Below are positions 24,175 through 37,315 of a DNA stretch of 64,000 nucleotides, piece by piece. A model generated the notes under the pieces. It saw only the letters and a program-made list of their open reading frames with translations. It made no database searches and was not told the DNA's origin. The stretch covers positions 62,001-126,000 of the forward strand of contig NW_027590156.1 in NCBI RefSeq assembly GCF_964213995.1, in the 5' to 3' direction. Every line of letters begins with the position of its first letter. The first letter of the stretch is position 1. Both the position numbers and the translations under genes were made by a program. This DNA comes from Mustelus asterias. Lineage: Eukaryota.

Positions 24175-24222
24175 ACGCCATGGGCTACTGGGGACAAGGG
24201 ACCATGGTGACGGTGACTGCAG
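24175..24222 (+). CDS. IGHJ: JH segment (AMGYWGQGTMVTVTA)
   Basis: WGxG motif, donor g|gtaaga. Confidence 0.97.
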
Positions 24223-24439
24223 GTAAGAACCATGCATTTATTTAGTCAGTGTTTTATTTGAGTTTTTGTTTTGTACTTTTTCTCGATTTTATTAATTCAT
24301 TCGTTCAATGTAATGTGGTTTGGTGGATTCTGTGCTGAAAATCTTTACAATGTTTCATGTGATCCTGCTTAAAATGGGGGTTATAGAATTCTACTGTTAA
24401 TTGACAAAAGGCGATACTGAGTGATTCAGTCTCTTGTTG

Positions 24440-26442
24440 TGATTTGGTGTTTATCTGCTGAGGACATTGTGTGGCTGGGTTACTTTAAATGCATTCCTTT
24501 TGTTAAACAGTTCGGCGTTTCTTCAATGTTTAATCTCGGTGACATCTAGTGGCTGCGAGTTGCACCATCTACTGCACAAGTGTTTGAAATCTAACCCAAT
24601 ATTAACAAAATGTGTTAAAGTTTCTACTTTAATGTTGCGAACATGTTCCGCTTAATCACAATCTGGTTTTGTTATCTCATTGTTGTGCTTATTTTAATCA
24701 TTAGTTGCTTTGGTGATGGTCAGATTGGCTGGATTTTAAATTGAGATTTTCTGCCAATGTGAAATTTGATTCTGTTGCAACTGTTTGTAGAATTGAGCTG
24801 CTTCTGCATGAACCGGGGTTCAGTCCCTCAGTGCTGCGTGTTTCTGGTGAGGAGGTTGTCTGGCTGGGTGACTTTGAATAAGTAAAATTTGTGAAATGGT
24901 TCGGAGATTCTGCATTGTTTCCACTCGGTGACACTGAGCTGTTACACACTTTGTGATTGAATACAAACAGTCTGCGGGTTTTAAACTACTTGACGCGTGC
25001 CTGCAGACAGAAATCAGGCAGGCTTTATTGTATTTGTATTTTTTTAAATCATAGCTGATAATTGCAGGTTAAACCAAACCATGGTTTATGCCACTCGTCC
25101 AAAACATAGTTTACCACAGCATTCACAATTTGGGATACATGCCATGTTTAACCTCGGTGGCATCTGACGGCTGCAGCTTTTACCCACCCAATATTTTAAT
25201 ATGTTTGAAATCTGTTTGAAATATGACCCAATATGAATAGAATGTGGTAAAATTTCAATATTAATTTGTTGGACATATTCCACCTCCTCGCAATGCTATT
25301 GCTCTTATTCCAAATTTCTGTTTAGTTCAATCATTCATATATTTGGTGACGAGCTGGTTTACCGGATTGAATATTGAGATTTCCTTGCAATCATATTTTT
25401 GATTTTGTTGAATGGATAATTGAGTTGCGTCCCCGTGAAACGGATTCATTCCCTCATTGATGTGTTTTGGTGTGTTTCTGTTGAGGAGGTTCTGTTGTTG
25501 GGTCACTAAGAATGTTTAAAATGTGTGAAATGTTTTGGTGTTTCTGCATTGTTTAAACTCGGTGGCAGTGAGCGGTTACACGTTTTCTGGTTAAATGCAA
25601 ATAATCTATGAGTTTGAAAATCCTTGTAGGGAGAAAATAAGCAGGTTGTGAAATAAATAAAATAAAGGTATTACAGCATTTTAATAAATTTTAACTAACT
25701 TAGAAATTAAAATAAATCATGTCTTACAACGCTCAATCGGACACTAAGTAGTTGCTGCAAAAAGAAACTTCTCGTTAACAAGTTTGATAGTAAAATTAAT
25801 ATAAATCAAACTGTTATTAATCGGTAACATAACTACATATTCACAAAAGATTATTTTCCATTAATATCATTTCGCATTAATCGGCGTTAATAGTTCTGCT
25901 GTGCTTTGCATACAATTAACATGACCAGAAAGGTTTCTCGGCTGGAAATATTTTGTGATAATTCCAGAAACTATTTCCATGATAACATGCTGTTTCCACA
26001 GCAGCGCTCAGTTCAACAAGATACTTTGCATTAATTGTTATATCCCCGATGAAGTTCGCATTCACTTAAATCTGAGTTTTGGAGAATAATTGGCAATAAA
26101 ACGCTATTTGGCAATTTTTGTGCCCGATTATTACATTGTTTCTGTGCAGGCGCAGCATTCCTTCCAAGTAATTTGTAGTTGGATGCAGAGGTAATTAATC
26201 ACTAATCTCATCCCAAAATTTGTGAAATGGTTTGGTGTTTCTCAATTGTTTCTGTATTGTTTCAACTCGGTGATCCTGAGCGGTTACACTTTTTCTCGCT
26301 AAATGAAAAAAACAAACTGCGTTTAAACATCCTTGTCAGGATAAAACAAACTGGTATCGGAAAAAATAAAACAAATATATATTTGAGCATTTTATTCATG
26401 TTAACTGATGCTTGCAGATTAAAGTAAATCATGAATTACAAT
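24440..26442 (+). repeat. Four diverged ~150-250 bp direct repeats in the J-C intron (~24440, 24838, 25474, 26214)
   Basis: Shared 'tgtgaaatg.tt.gg.g.ttctgcattgttt..actcggtg.ca.tgagc.gttacac' core. Confidence 0.75.
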
Positions 26443-26451
26443 TCTTACGGC

Positions 26452-28010
26452 GTCACTGTATCTCTGTTAGGGACATTACACTACACTGGATCTGTTATAT
26501 CTGATGTGCTCATTTTCAGAAAAAAAATATTTTTTTTGCCTAGTTTTCGAAATTTGAGATAGACAGGGAGAAATAGTTAAAAGTCGAAGGGAATTTTGAA
26601 ATGAATATCAGTTTAATTTAAAAGAAGTTATTGATTTTTGTTGTAGTTTGAAAATTGATCAATTAGAATCCCGCAGTTTAAATAAATGTGACAGAGTGAA
26701 CACAGTTTTCTGACAGGTGGAATTCGCTAACACTAAACAATTGTTCATATAATGGTGTTTGAATTGTCGTAAGGTGTCAACAGAAACTGGCTAGAGATTT
26801 GCAATTTAATACTTGAAATTCAAATAATTAATTTTTATAATATTATAATATTTTTATATTAGTAATATTTGCTCTGCATTTAATAATCACATCCTGTCTC
26901 CCATTACTGCTGAACATAGAATAGAATTATTGGATGAATAAATGACAGAATGGAAGAATTGATTCTATTTGAGCATTATGTTTAATTAGTATTAAATATT
27001 ATACTGAAGAAAAAGTCTCGACTTATTTTGTGCATCATGTTTCAGTGTTGCAGAGGATTTGAATCAATTGTCCTCATTGTGTTTTTCATTGTTTAATTCA
27101 GAACTTCTTAATTTAAACAATATGTTCAGTAATTAAATTATATGGATGGTCCAAATTATTAAATCTAGGAAGCAGCTTCATTGACCTCAAACTGCCAGGC
27201 CGTTACAGTATATACAAATTCAGAAACATGCATTCTTAACACGTTTGCAGGTTATAATAAGGCATTTGGAGTAAAAGTGGAAATGAAAAAACATGACAAT
27301 GTTATTCGATTTAAGCAAATGAATTACAGATGTCTGAATTTTTCCATTCAGTAATTTGAAGTTTATTGTTTAAGATTTAATTGGAACCTAATTACTTCAC
27401 AATGGTCGAGGCAGGGAAAGTTTTGAATGATTGAAAACTGATTTTATTAGGGAGTACAAATCAGCTAACAGGAAAAGTAACCGGCAATTAACAAAACAAA
27501 ATATAATATTGGTGCTAATTAATTCAAAACAAAATACCTTGAATAATGCACGGGCGTGCAAAGTATCATCCGTTTCAGAGAATGTTTAATTGTATCGAAA
27601 ATGAATTAAGAGACAAAACCTTTCTTTCATCAGCTATGCTTAGCTCGATAAGGTGTTTTATCTCGAATATTTTGTTGATTACATTTAATTAAGAAATTCG
27701 ATCGAATCAGGTAATGATTTTCAATGTAAATGTTTCTTGGTTTATTTAATCCTTACTGTGTCACTGTATCTCTGTCGGGGACATTGAACTGTCCTGAATC
27801 TGTTATTTTTGATTCCTAATTTTCAGCGAAATTACATTTTTACATAGTTTTCGAGAAGTGAGACAGACAGAGAGACTTAATTTAAAATCGACAGGAGTTT
27901 TGAAATGAATATCAGTTTTATTTAAAAGAGGTTATTGATTTTCTGTTGCAAATTGAACATTGATCAATTAGAATCAAACAGTTTGAATTAAATTGACAGA
28001 TTGATCATAC
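26452..28010 (+). repeat. Two ~250 bp direct repeats (26452-26705 and 27760-28010)
   Basis: 'gtcactgtatctctgt..gggacatt...ttttgaaatgaatatcagttt...ttgatcaattagaatc'. Confidence 0.8.
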
Positions 28011-28489
28011 CTACCTGCTGGGAAATCGATTGTTGCACCGTTTGTGTCTGTTCTGTTTCTGCGCGCGTGGTCACTGTGTTGGGACCAGGAATCTGCCTGA
28101 CTGGTTGTAAAACTTCTGGTTCCTTCTGCTGTATTTCAGGGAGTGAAATTTGATTTATTTCTTCAATAAACTTGTATCTGTGAGAAATGTGACAGTTTGA
28201 CTTGATGTTTGGCTCGGCGTCTCAGAAATGAGATCCCTAAAGCATATTGTGACCATCAGAGAGAGCAGAAACGTCAGATTGTAGAGGGAGATTTGGATGA
28301 TTTTTAACCAGTGATGTACCGGCCTTGGGAATGTTCGATGAGCAAATGCAAAGTGAGATTTACTATATTGTGCTCCGTAGTAAAGCAGTCCATGACCTGT
28401 TTAGTATGACAGTTGAAGGGTCAAATTCATTTGCATCTTATTTTTAATCTTCTAAACCCATTTTAGAGTCATTTGCTCGGCCAGAAGCT

Positions 28490-28920
28490 TTAATCATCAA
28501 TAATTGTTCCTTGAGAAAGTGTTGATATAAAGCATCCTTGAATAACTGCAATCCATATGCTGCAGGCATCCGCCGTGCTGTTAGGTGGAAGTTCCAGGAT
28601 TTTGACCCAGAAGGAACTGAGGTATTGTTTCAAGTCAGGATGGTGTGTGTCTTGGAGGGGAGCTTGCAGGTGGTAGTCTTCATATGTGGCTGCTGCCCTT
28701 ATCCTGTTAGGATATAAAGGCAACGGGTTTGGACAGTGTTTACTATGGAGCCTTGGTGAGTTGCTGCAGTGCATCTTGTATATAACACACACTGCTGTCA
28801 CTGCTTGTTAGTGATGGAGAGAGCGAATAGGGTGAATGAGGGGGCGGATAATCTTGTGGGTGGCTTTGCCCTGGATTGTGTCATATTTCTTGAGTTTTTA
28901 CAGGTTTCCCTCATTGAGTA
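28490..28920 (-). mobile_element. CR1/L2-type LINE 3' fragment
   Basis: Same family as 4030-4760. Confidence 0.7.
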
Positions 28921-29084
28921 GGGTGAATTATTCAATTGCGACTGATTGCGAAAGATTTAAATGTTTTTCCAACCCTTAGCCCGCGCTCCGTATTGTGCTC
29001 ACTTGTCACTTCCACTTACTGTGTGAATGGGTGAGTATGTGTGGAGTGAGTGTGCTTTTCCAGACTGAATCAGCCAAATAGAGA

Positions 29085-31045
29085 CTTATACACATCACAC
29101 ACTCTCACACACATAAATACTCTCATATTCTCTCACACATGCACACACACACACATACATACTCACACTTACTTTCTCTCTCATACGGTCTCTCTTACAC
29201 ACCCATACACATTCTCTCTCTCACGTTACACATACACTCTCTCAATACAAATACATACATCGTCTCGCTCTCTCCATCAATCTCTCACATCCCCATCCAC
29301 AAAAGCGCTCACATCCCCACACACCCACCCATTTTCTCTTATACACAGACACACACTCTCACATCAGCACAGTCTCACACTCTCGCGCACGCACTCTCAC
29401 ATGGACTCTCTCCCACTCTCTGTCACACACGCTCAAGCTGTCTCACATTTCTCCACACGCTCTCTCACAATTCCTCTCGCACACGCATCTCTTTCTCTCT
29501 CACACACACACACACACGCACATATTTCTATTTCTCTTGCGCACACTATCTCACACCTCTACATTCTTGCTCTCACACACTGGCTCTCTCACAATCACTC
29601 TCTCACAAACATAGAACATGCACACACTCTAACACACACTCTTACACACAGACACAGTCTCTCCCATAAGCACAGTCTCGCGCACACATTCGCTCTCTCA
29701 CACACACATGCACTATGCCTCTCACATTCCCTCTTCCGTACACTCTCACTTCGTCTCACACACATTCCGATGCCCTCTCTCACTCATACGAACACTTGCA
29801 CATGTATTCTCTCACACAGGCACATATTTCTCTCTATTTCACACGCTCACTCCCTTACACATTGTCCTCTTTTTAGGTCAAACCAAACCAAGTAAACAAA
29901 CTCAGATTAAATCAGGACAAAGTAAAAGGGGCAGCTCCCCAAAAAGGAGGGGGAACAGCCCGAACAGAAATCAAAGTACAAAGGAAACTTAAAAACATCA
30001 AATTAAAATGTGATTATTAGGGCCAATAATGCACCCCAACCCCTGCGGTGCCCAGCGGGCGCGGAAAGCGTCAACCTCGCCCGTGGACACCGCATGCTCC
30101 CTCTCCAGGGACACCTGGCCGCGACCGTAGCCGCGGTAGAGGGGAAGACAGTCAGGATGGACGGCCCCCTCGATCGCCCGCAGCCTGGACCGGTAAATGG
30201 CGCGTTTCGCCAGGCCCAGGAGCAGGTTCACGAGGAGGTCGCCATCCCGACCCTCCCCCTTACACATTGTCTCACATGCACAATCTTGCTCTCAAACCCT
30301 GTCTCTCACAAACACCCTCTCTTTCACACGCACACAATCTCTCACACAGTCTCTCCTTCTCTTACACTCGAACACACATGTATATACAATGTATCGCTCT
30401 TTAAACACTCCACCTATCACAGACACATGTTCTCTCAACAGTCATTTCACTCACACACACTCACGCATCCATTCTGTCTAAGTTTCACACTTTTTCTCGC
30501 TCACACACACTCTCCCCGCCCCTCCACACACACACACACACACACACATACACTCAAACACCCCACATTGCTTCTATCTCCCACACACATTGTACACATC
30601 TTTCGCACTCACACGCCATCCCATGCACAGTTTCACACACTGATGAACATATTATTTTGCTTTCCAATAGGCACTCCCTCTCACACACACTGTCTTTCAC
30701 ATGAACACAACACTCTCCCACACACACACCCTCCCTCAAGCACACACACTCTCTTTCACAGACATCGTGTATCTCAAATAGATACACTCCTTTTCACATC
30801 AACATACACACACTCACACACAGAAGTACTCTTTCACACAGACTCCCCACACACACACTCTCCCCGCCCCTCCACACACATACATTTTCAAGAAGAGACA
30901 CACTGTCACACACAAAGAATAACTCTTCAAACACACATTCTGTCTCACACACACACATTATCTCACACACCCTTTCTCTCACGCACACTCTCTCCTCTTG
31001 CACGCACAGCCCACTGTCTCACACACGTGCAAACGCATTCTATCA
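29085..31045. repeat. Degenerate (CA)/(CT) microsatellite tract
   Basis: Low-complexity sequence; source of the H/T/S/L-rich ORFs. Confidence 0.9.
29867..30256 (-). mobile_element. Tx1-clade (L1-like) LINE 3' fragment with 15-bp TSD
   Basis: 'LLVNLLLGLAKRAIYRSR...VSLEREHA...AFRARWAP'; TSD cccttacacattgtc at 29852-29866 and 30257-30271. Confidence 0.8.
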
Positions 31046-31220
31046 NNNNNNNNNNNNNNNNNNNNNNNNNNNNNNNNNNNNNNNNNNNNNNNNNNNNNNN
31101 NNNNNNNNNNNNNNNNNNNNNNNNNNNNNNNNNNNNNNNNNNNNNNNNNNNNNNNNNNNNNNNNNNNNNNNNNNNNNNNNNNNNNNNNNNNNNNNNNNNN
31201 NNNNNNNNNNNNNNNNNNNN
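31046..31220. other. Assembly gap (175 N)
   Basis: Run of N. Confidence 1.
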
Positions 31221-31249
31221 CAGAGTGTCTGTCCTTGACACCATAGAGT

Positions 31250-31560
31250 AGAATCATAGGATGCTACAGTGCAGAAGGAGGCCATTCAGCCCATCGAGTC
31301 TGCACCAACAGCAATCCCACCAAAGCCCTATCCCCATAACCACATGTATCTACCCTAACTAGTCCCCCTGACACAAAGGGGCAATTTAGCACGGCCAATC
31401 CACCGAACCCACACATCTTTGGACTGTGGGAGGAAACAGGCGCACCCGAAGGAAACCCAAACAGACACGGGGGGAACTTGCAAACTCCACACAGACAGTG
31501 ACCCAAGTCGGGAATCCAACTCTGAGGCAGCAGCGCTAATCACTGTGCCACCGCCACCGC
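31250..31560 (-). mobile_element. HE1-like SINE
   Basis: Typical head, core and tail on minus strand. Confidence 0.85.
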
Positions 31561-32129
31561 ACCCCCCCCCCCCCACCCCGATACGCCCCCCACCCCGGTA
31601 GCATTTGAATGAGGGTGGGATCAAGGGGCCCGAGTAAAACTAGTCAATAAGAATCGGCGGGAAATTCTTCTCTGTTTGGAGTCATACTTAGCACAAAGCA
31701 ACATGGTATTGGTGGTTGGAGGTCAAACATCTAAGTTCAGATTTCACTGCAGGATTTCGGCAGGGGATTGTTTCGGGACCAACAATCTTCTACTGCTTCA
31801 ACAGTGACATTCCCTCCAACATGAGGTCAGAAGTAGGAATTTCCATGTGTTACACCGGACACAAAAACCCCAAAAATAAGAAGGGAATTGTCTGAGACCA
31901 AGGCCGCCTGGCTCCCAATACTGGTTGATTCCTGTGCGACCCATCCTAGTTTTGCTGTCAGCTTCCCTACAGCTCCCTCAGTCTGACTATTTGTTCACTG
32001 GTACGTGTTTCTTGAAGAAAGACACCGACATTAAAGCAGCTGCCCGGTGATTTACACATCCCTGTTACAGAAAGCTGATCAATGTGGAGAATCGGGAAAA
32101 GATCGATGGAGAGGAAGAGGTGGAGGTGG

Positions 32130-33570
32130 CCCACTGACTCTCTCACCCTCACCCACACTTCCTCACTCACCCTCAATCTCTCATCCTCACTCAAAGAACT
32201 TGACTCACTCACCCTCACTTACCCACCTTCCCTCGCTGACACACTCTCACTCATTCATCCCCACTCACAAATCCCAACTCACTCATCCCAACTCACTCAT
32301 CCCAACTCACTCACCCTTGCTCACTCATCCACCCTCACACACTCAATTTCACGCACTCAACCTCACACACTCAACTTCACACACTCAATTTCACGCACTC
32401 AACCTCAGAAACTCACTGATCCTCATTCACCCTGAGTCACTCACCCTCACACCCTCACTCACTCAAAATCACTCACACACATTCGCTCTCTCACTCTCAC
32501 CCATCCTCACTCACTCACCCTCATTCACTCACATTCACACCCTCATTCACTCACCAGCACTCACTCACTCACTCGCCCTCACACACCCTCATTCACTCAC
32601 TGTCACTCAGTCACCCACACTCACACGCTATCACTCACTCAACCTCACTCACTAACCCTCAGTCACTCACTCAGAGCCTCAGTCACTCACCAACACTCAT
32701 AGTCACCTTCGTTCACTCATCCCACTAACCCGCCCTCACTCACCCAGTCTCACTCACTCTCACTCACTCAGTCCACTTACCCACCTTCACTCATCCAGTC
32801 TCAATCACTCTCACTCACCGCACTTACCCTCCCTCACTCATCCAGTCTCAATCACTCTCACTCACCCTCACTCACTCTCCCCACTTACCCTCCCTCACTC
32901 ACCCAGACGCACCCCCACACACTCAAGCTCAATTACCCTCTCTCTCTCACATACGCCACCTGACCCATTCAAACTCACTGAGACTCACGCACCTACATTC
33001 ACTCACACACCCTCACATATTCACCATCACTCACGTTCACCCACCCTAACTCACAGATCCTCAATCACTCATCCTCAGTCAAACACCTTTACTCACTCAC
33101 CTGCACTCATCCACCCATCCGCATTCATTCTCCCTCACACACTCTCACACACCACCCTCAATAACACACCCTGACTCACTCACTCTCTCACCCTCACTTA
33201 CTAAGTCACATTCACTCCTCACCCTCATTCACTCGCTCTCACTCACCCACCTTCACTAACCTTCACGCATCCTCACTCACTCACCCTCATTCATTCTCTC
33301 TTACTGACACTCACTCACCCACCTTCACTCACACGTTAAGCCACCTTCACTCACCCACCCTCTCTCACACACCATCATTTACTCACGCTCTCTCACCCTC
33401 ACCCACACTCACTCACTCACCCTCAATCACTCATCCTCACTGAAAGAACTTCACTCACTCACCCTCACTTACCCACCTTCCGTCACTCACACACCATCAC
33501 TCATCCACTCTCACTCCTTCAATCACTCACCCTCACGCACTCACATTCTCTCACTCACACTCGCTAAACC
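32130..33570. repeat. Degenerate (TCAC)n tract
   Basis: actc/tcac units. Confidence 0.9.
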
Positions 33571-33654
33571 TGTGTGTGGAGGTCTGCAATGAGAGAGAAG
33601 AAAGATCTCAAGCGGCAGTTTGGTGTTCAAATGTGGGAGCTGCCCTGCGAATGT

Positions 33655-34280
33655 GGAGAGCTGGGGGGAATCCCTGGGGGCTCAGGGCCAAGGACAATGG
33701 CAAAGAGCCGGGGAGAACAGGAGGCGTGCTAAAGGGCAGAGAGCCGGGGGGGAAGGGCAGAGAGCCTGGGGAATGGGCCCACAGCCGGGCAACAGGGCTG
33801 AGAGCCGGGAAAGGGCAGAGAGTCAGGAGAAAGCGCAGAGAGCCAGAAGAAAGGGCAGAGAGCTAATAGAAAGGGCAGGGAGCCAGGTGAAAGGGCAGAG
33901 AACCAGGGAAAGAGGAGAGAGCCAGGATAAAGGGCAGGGAGGCCGGGGAAAGGACAGAGAGCCGAGGAAAAGGACAAGAGAGCCCAGAGGAAAGGGCAGA
34001 GAGTCAAGGGGAAAGGCAGAGAGTCAGGGGGAAAGGGCAGAGAGCCAGGGGAAAGGGGAAAGTGGATAGGGAGCAGGGACACCGGGCAAAGAGCCGGGGA
34101 AAAGGGTAGGGAGCTGAGGGAAAGGGCAGGGAGCCGGGGAAGAGGGGACAGAGCTGGAGGGAAGTGTAGAGAGCCAGGTGGAAGTGCGGAGAGCCGGGTG
34201 AAAGGCGAAAGGAGCCACAGGGAATAGCAGAGAGCCAGGGGAAAGCGCAGAGAGTCGGGAAAATGGGCAGAGAGTGGGTG
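33655..34280 (+). repeat. Purine/G-rich ~20-bp tandem repeat (AGAGAGCCAGGGGAAAGGGC-like)
   Basis: Repeated gggcagagagcc(a/g)ggg units. Confidence 0.9.
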
Positions 34281-35252
34281 ATCGACGGGCGGAGTGAGGA
34301 TGTGCAAAATAGAGCTAGCACCACAACCAGATCATCTGTAATCTCAGCGAATAATGGAGGAGACGTCAGGGCCCGAATGGCCAACTCTTGCTATTAATGT
34401 ATGACCCTTCAATTAGTCAATGTTGCAATTATTTGAATTTGTAATCACATTGAGAGTTTCCTGGTCATTCAGTAAGTATTCATTCCGAAGGTAGTTTTGA
34501 AGCAAAGTCACTAATCTTCATTTTGTGGAGTGAGAGGCAGTGAGTTGGAGAGAGGAAGGGGCATCAGTTAGTTTGAACACAGGCAATAGCCAAAACTACA
34601 ATGTGGATATGCCGACGCTAGGTTGGGGTGGGCACAGTAAGGAGTCTCACAACACCAGGTTGAACTCCAACAGGCTTATTTGGAATCGTGAGCTTTTGGA
34701 GCTCTTTCATCAGGCGAGTGGCTGATATGAATGAAGAGACAACTTCTTCATCACAAAGTCCTGTTGTTTGAAAAATAGGTAGTGCCTGAAGTAATGGAGA
34801 AACTCTTTACTCTTCTCTGTTAATCCAATGAATGGTATGTCATTACAATGACATCAAAATGTTTTTGTCTTTCCAACCTGATAGAGGTCGAGACATTGAT
34901 GTGAGTTTCTACAAAGATGGCGATTCTCAAATGATAGGAGTAACAGAAGCTGAAAGGTGTATGTAGGTCTTAATCGGGAAATATTAAGTTAAGTTCATAA
35001 TTCTAGACAAATCGTGATGTAGAAACATAGAAAATAGAAGCAGGAGTAGGCCATTCGGCCCTTTGACCCTGCTCTACCATTCACTTTGATCACGGCTCGT
35101 CAATGTCCTGACCCCGCCGACTACCCATATCCATTGATCCCTTTAGCCGCAAGAGCTATACCTAATATAGAAACTTACTTGTATAAATATGTTTGATTAA
35201 TTAATAAACGCAGGTAAGAATCTAACTTGTTGAATCGACTATTCTTTCCCAG

Positions 35253-35552
35253 CGACACCGTCTCCGCCCACTCTCTACAGCCTCGTCTCTTCCTGTCAGC
35301 AACACAACTCCGCTGGCTCCATCACCTACGGCTGTTTGGCGATGGACTACTCTCCAGATGTCTCCAAACTGACCTGGAAGAAAAATGGGCAGCTGATCGC
35401 CACTGGATTTAAGACTTATCCATCAGTGAGAAACGCGAAGGGAACCTACACCTTGAGCAGCCAGTTAACCATCACCCAGTCAGAGGGAGAGTGCAGCAAA
35501 ATCAAGTGTGAGGTTCGACACAGCAGCTCGGTCAAGAGCATTGGAATGCAAT
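35253..35552 (+). CDS. IGHM: IgM constant exon Cmu1
   Basis: ttcccag acceptor; [14 protein letters not shown]...[10 protein letters not shown]...WKKNG...YTLSSQL...CEVRH; t|gtaagt donor. Confidence 0.96.
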
Positions 35553-35699
35553 GTAAGTGTTGTGGAACTTGGGCAAGACAGGAACGCTCTGATTGAACTG
35601 TATAAGGCTTTAGTTATAACTGATATGTAGCACTCTGAAAAATTGAATTATGCAAAATCCAGGTAAGTGCCTCCTGACTGAAAAGTTGCTCAGAACCAA

Positions 35700-36430
35700 A
35701 GAACAACAGAAATGTTACTGTACAGAATGAGGCCATTTGGCCCATCATGTCTGTGCTGGCCAAAAGGGAGAACAAATAAACGAGCCTGACAAAGTAAGCC
35801 TATTTTCCAGCCCTTGCTCCGTAGCATTGCAGCTTAAAGCACTTGAGATGCAGACCCAGATGCCTTTTAAATGACCTTGCTCCCTGGTAATTGAGCCCTC
35901 CACTTGGGGAATGAATTATTTTTGCCTACGTCCCTTATTTTTGTTGTGAACCACAATTATGTCACGCCTCAGCCTCCTCTTTTCCTAAGGAGAACAAACC
36001 CTGCCGATCCAATCTCGCCTCATGGCGGGAATTTTCAGTCCCTGGCAACATTCTTGTAAACCTCATCTCTCTCCAGAGTCATTACGTTATTCCTGCAACG
36101 TGGTGACCAGAACTGTACAGCAACCTCCAAACGTGGCCTAACTAGCGTTTTATACAGCTCCATCATTGCATCACTGTTTTTGCATTCAATATCTCACATA
36201 ATAGAGGAACTAATCTGATATGCTTTCTTGATCAACTTTTCCAGCTGCCCTACCATCTACAAGGACCTGTGGACGTGCACTCTAAGGTCTTGCATTTCCT
36301 CAATCCCTCTTAACATTCCAGTTTATTGCCTTGCTTTGTTTTCCCTCCCCAAATGCATTGTGTGGCGCTTTTGACGGTTGAATTCCATTCGCCATTTCCC
36401 TGCCAATTCAACCAAACCATGGATATAATT
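35700..36430 (-). mobile_element. CR1 LINE 3' fragment in the Cmu1-Cmu2 intron
   Basis: ggtgaccagaactgtacag and CR1 tail on minus strand. Confidence 0.75.
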
Positions 36431-36525
36431 CTCAAATCGGCAGCGATGGTGCTAAAATAAAAGAACTAATTTTAATTGATGTCAATTGAATCTTCAAGTA
36501 ACGTCTGAACATTTGTTTGTTGAAG

Positions 36526-36837
36526 GCCCACGCGTTCTCCCCCCAACCGTTATCCTCACCGTGAGTTCCAGTGAAGAAATCACAAGCAGAAAATTTGCAA
36601 CCATCGTCTGTTCAATCATCGATTTCCAGCCAAAGTCAATGACGGTGAAGTGGCTGAAGAATGGACAACCCATGGATTCAGGAATTGTCACCTCTCCCGC
36701 CTGTGAAGTGAACGGGAACTTCTCGGCCAGCAGTCGGCTGACAGTCTCCGCTCAGGAATGGATCAGCAAAGCGGTCTATACCTGCCAGGTCACTCATCAA
36801 GGATTCACCCAGAGTCAGAACATCAGCGGATCTCTGG
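36526..36837 (+). CDS. IGHM: IgM constant exon Cmu2
   Basis: [33 protein letters not shown]; phase-1 splice sites. Confidence 0.96.
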
Positions 36838-37009
36838 GTAAGAGACTCAAACCGACGATAAAATATATAATTTCGATGTTAATCGAAATTAGGGATCTAT
36901 TAAAGTTAGTACAAAGATAGAACAACTTCTAATTTACTGTCATGTGGTTTGCTGCATTGGGACAGTGCCCCATTCAGAATTTCATCACAACAGCAATTTT
37001 TGTTATTCC

Positions 37010-37315
37010 TTCATGAGATGTGCATTTATTTCCCATCCCTGAGGGCACTTAAGTGTCAACCACATTGCTGTGGATCTGGAGTCACATGCATGCCAGGCCA
37101 GATAAAGACAGCAGATTTACTTTTCTAAAGGGCATTCGTGAACCAGGTGGGTTTTTACAACAATGGCTTCATGATGATCATTTGACTTTTAATGATAGAT
37201 TTTTACTAAATTCAAATTTCACCATCTGCAGTGGTGAGATTCGAATCTGTGTCCCCAGAGTCGTGCCCTGGGTTACAAGACCATTGGCAACACCACCATG
37301 CCACTGCCTCCCCTT
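37010..37315 (-). mobile_element. Deu-type SINE
   Basis: Matches 10535-10865. Confidence 0.7.

Noticed and set aside
22467-24222. Germline-joined or IgM1gj-type cluster
   Set aside because: V, D1, D2 and J are separate with intact RSSs, and Cmu2 is present.
29050-34384. Long ORFs of 150-413 aa (H/T/S/L-rich or G/R/E-rich)
   Set aside because: Translations of microsatellites, tandem repeats and the N gap.
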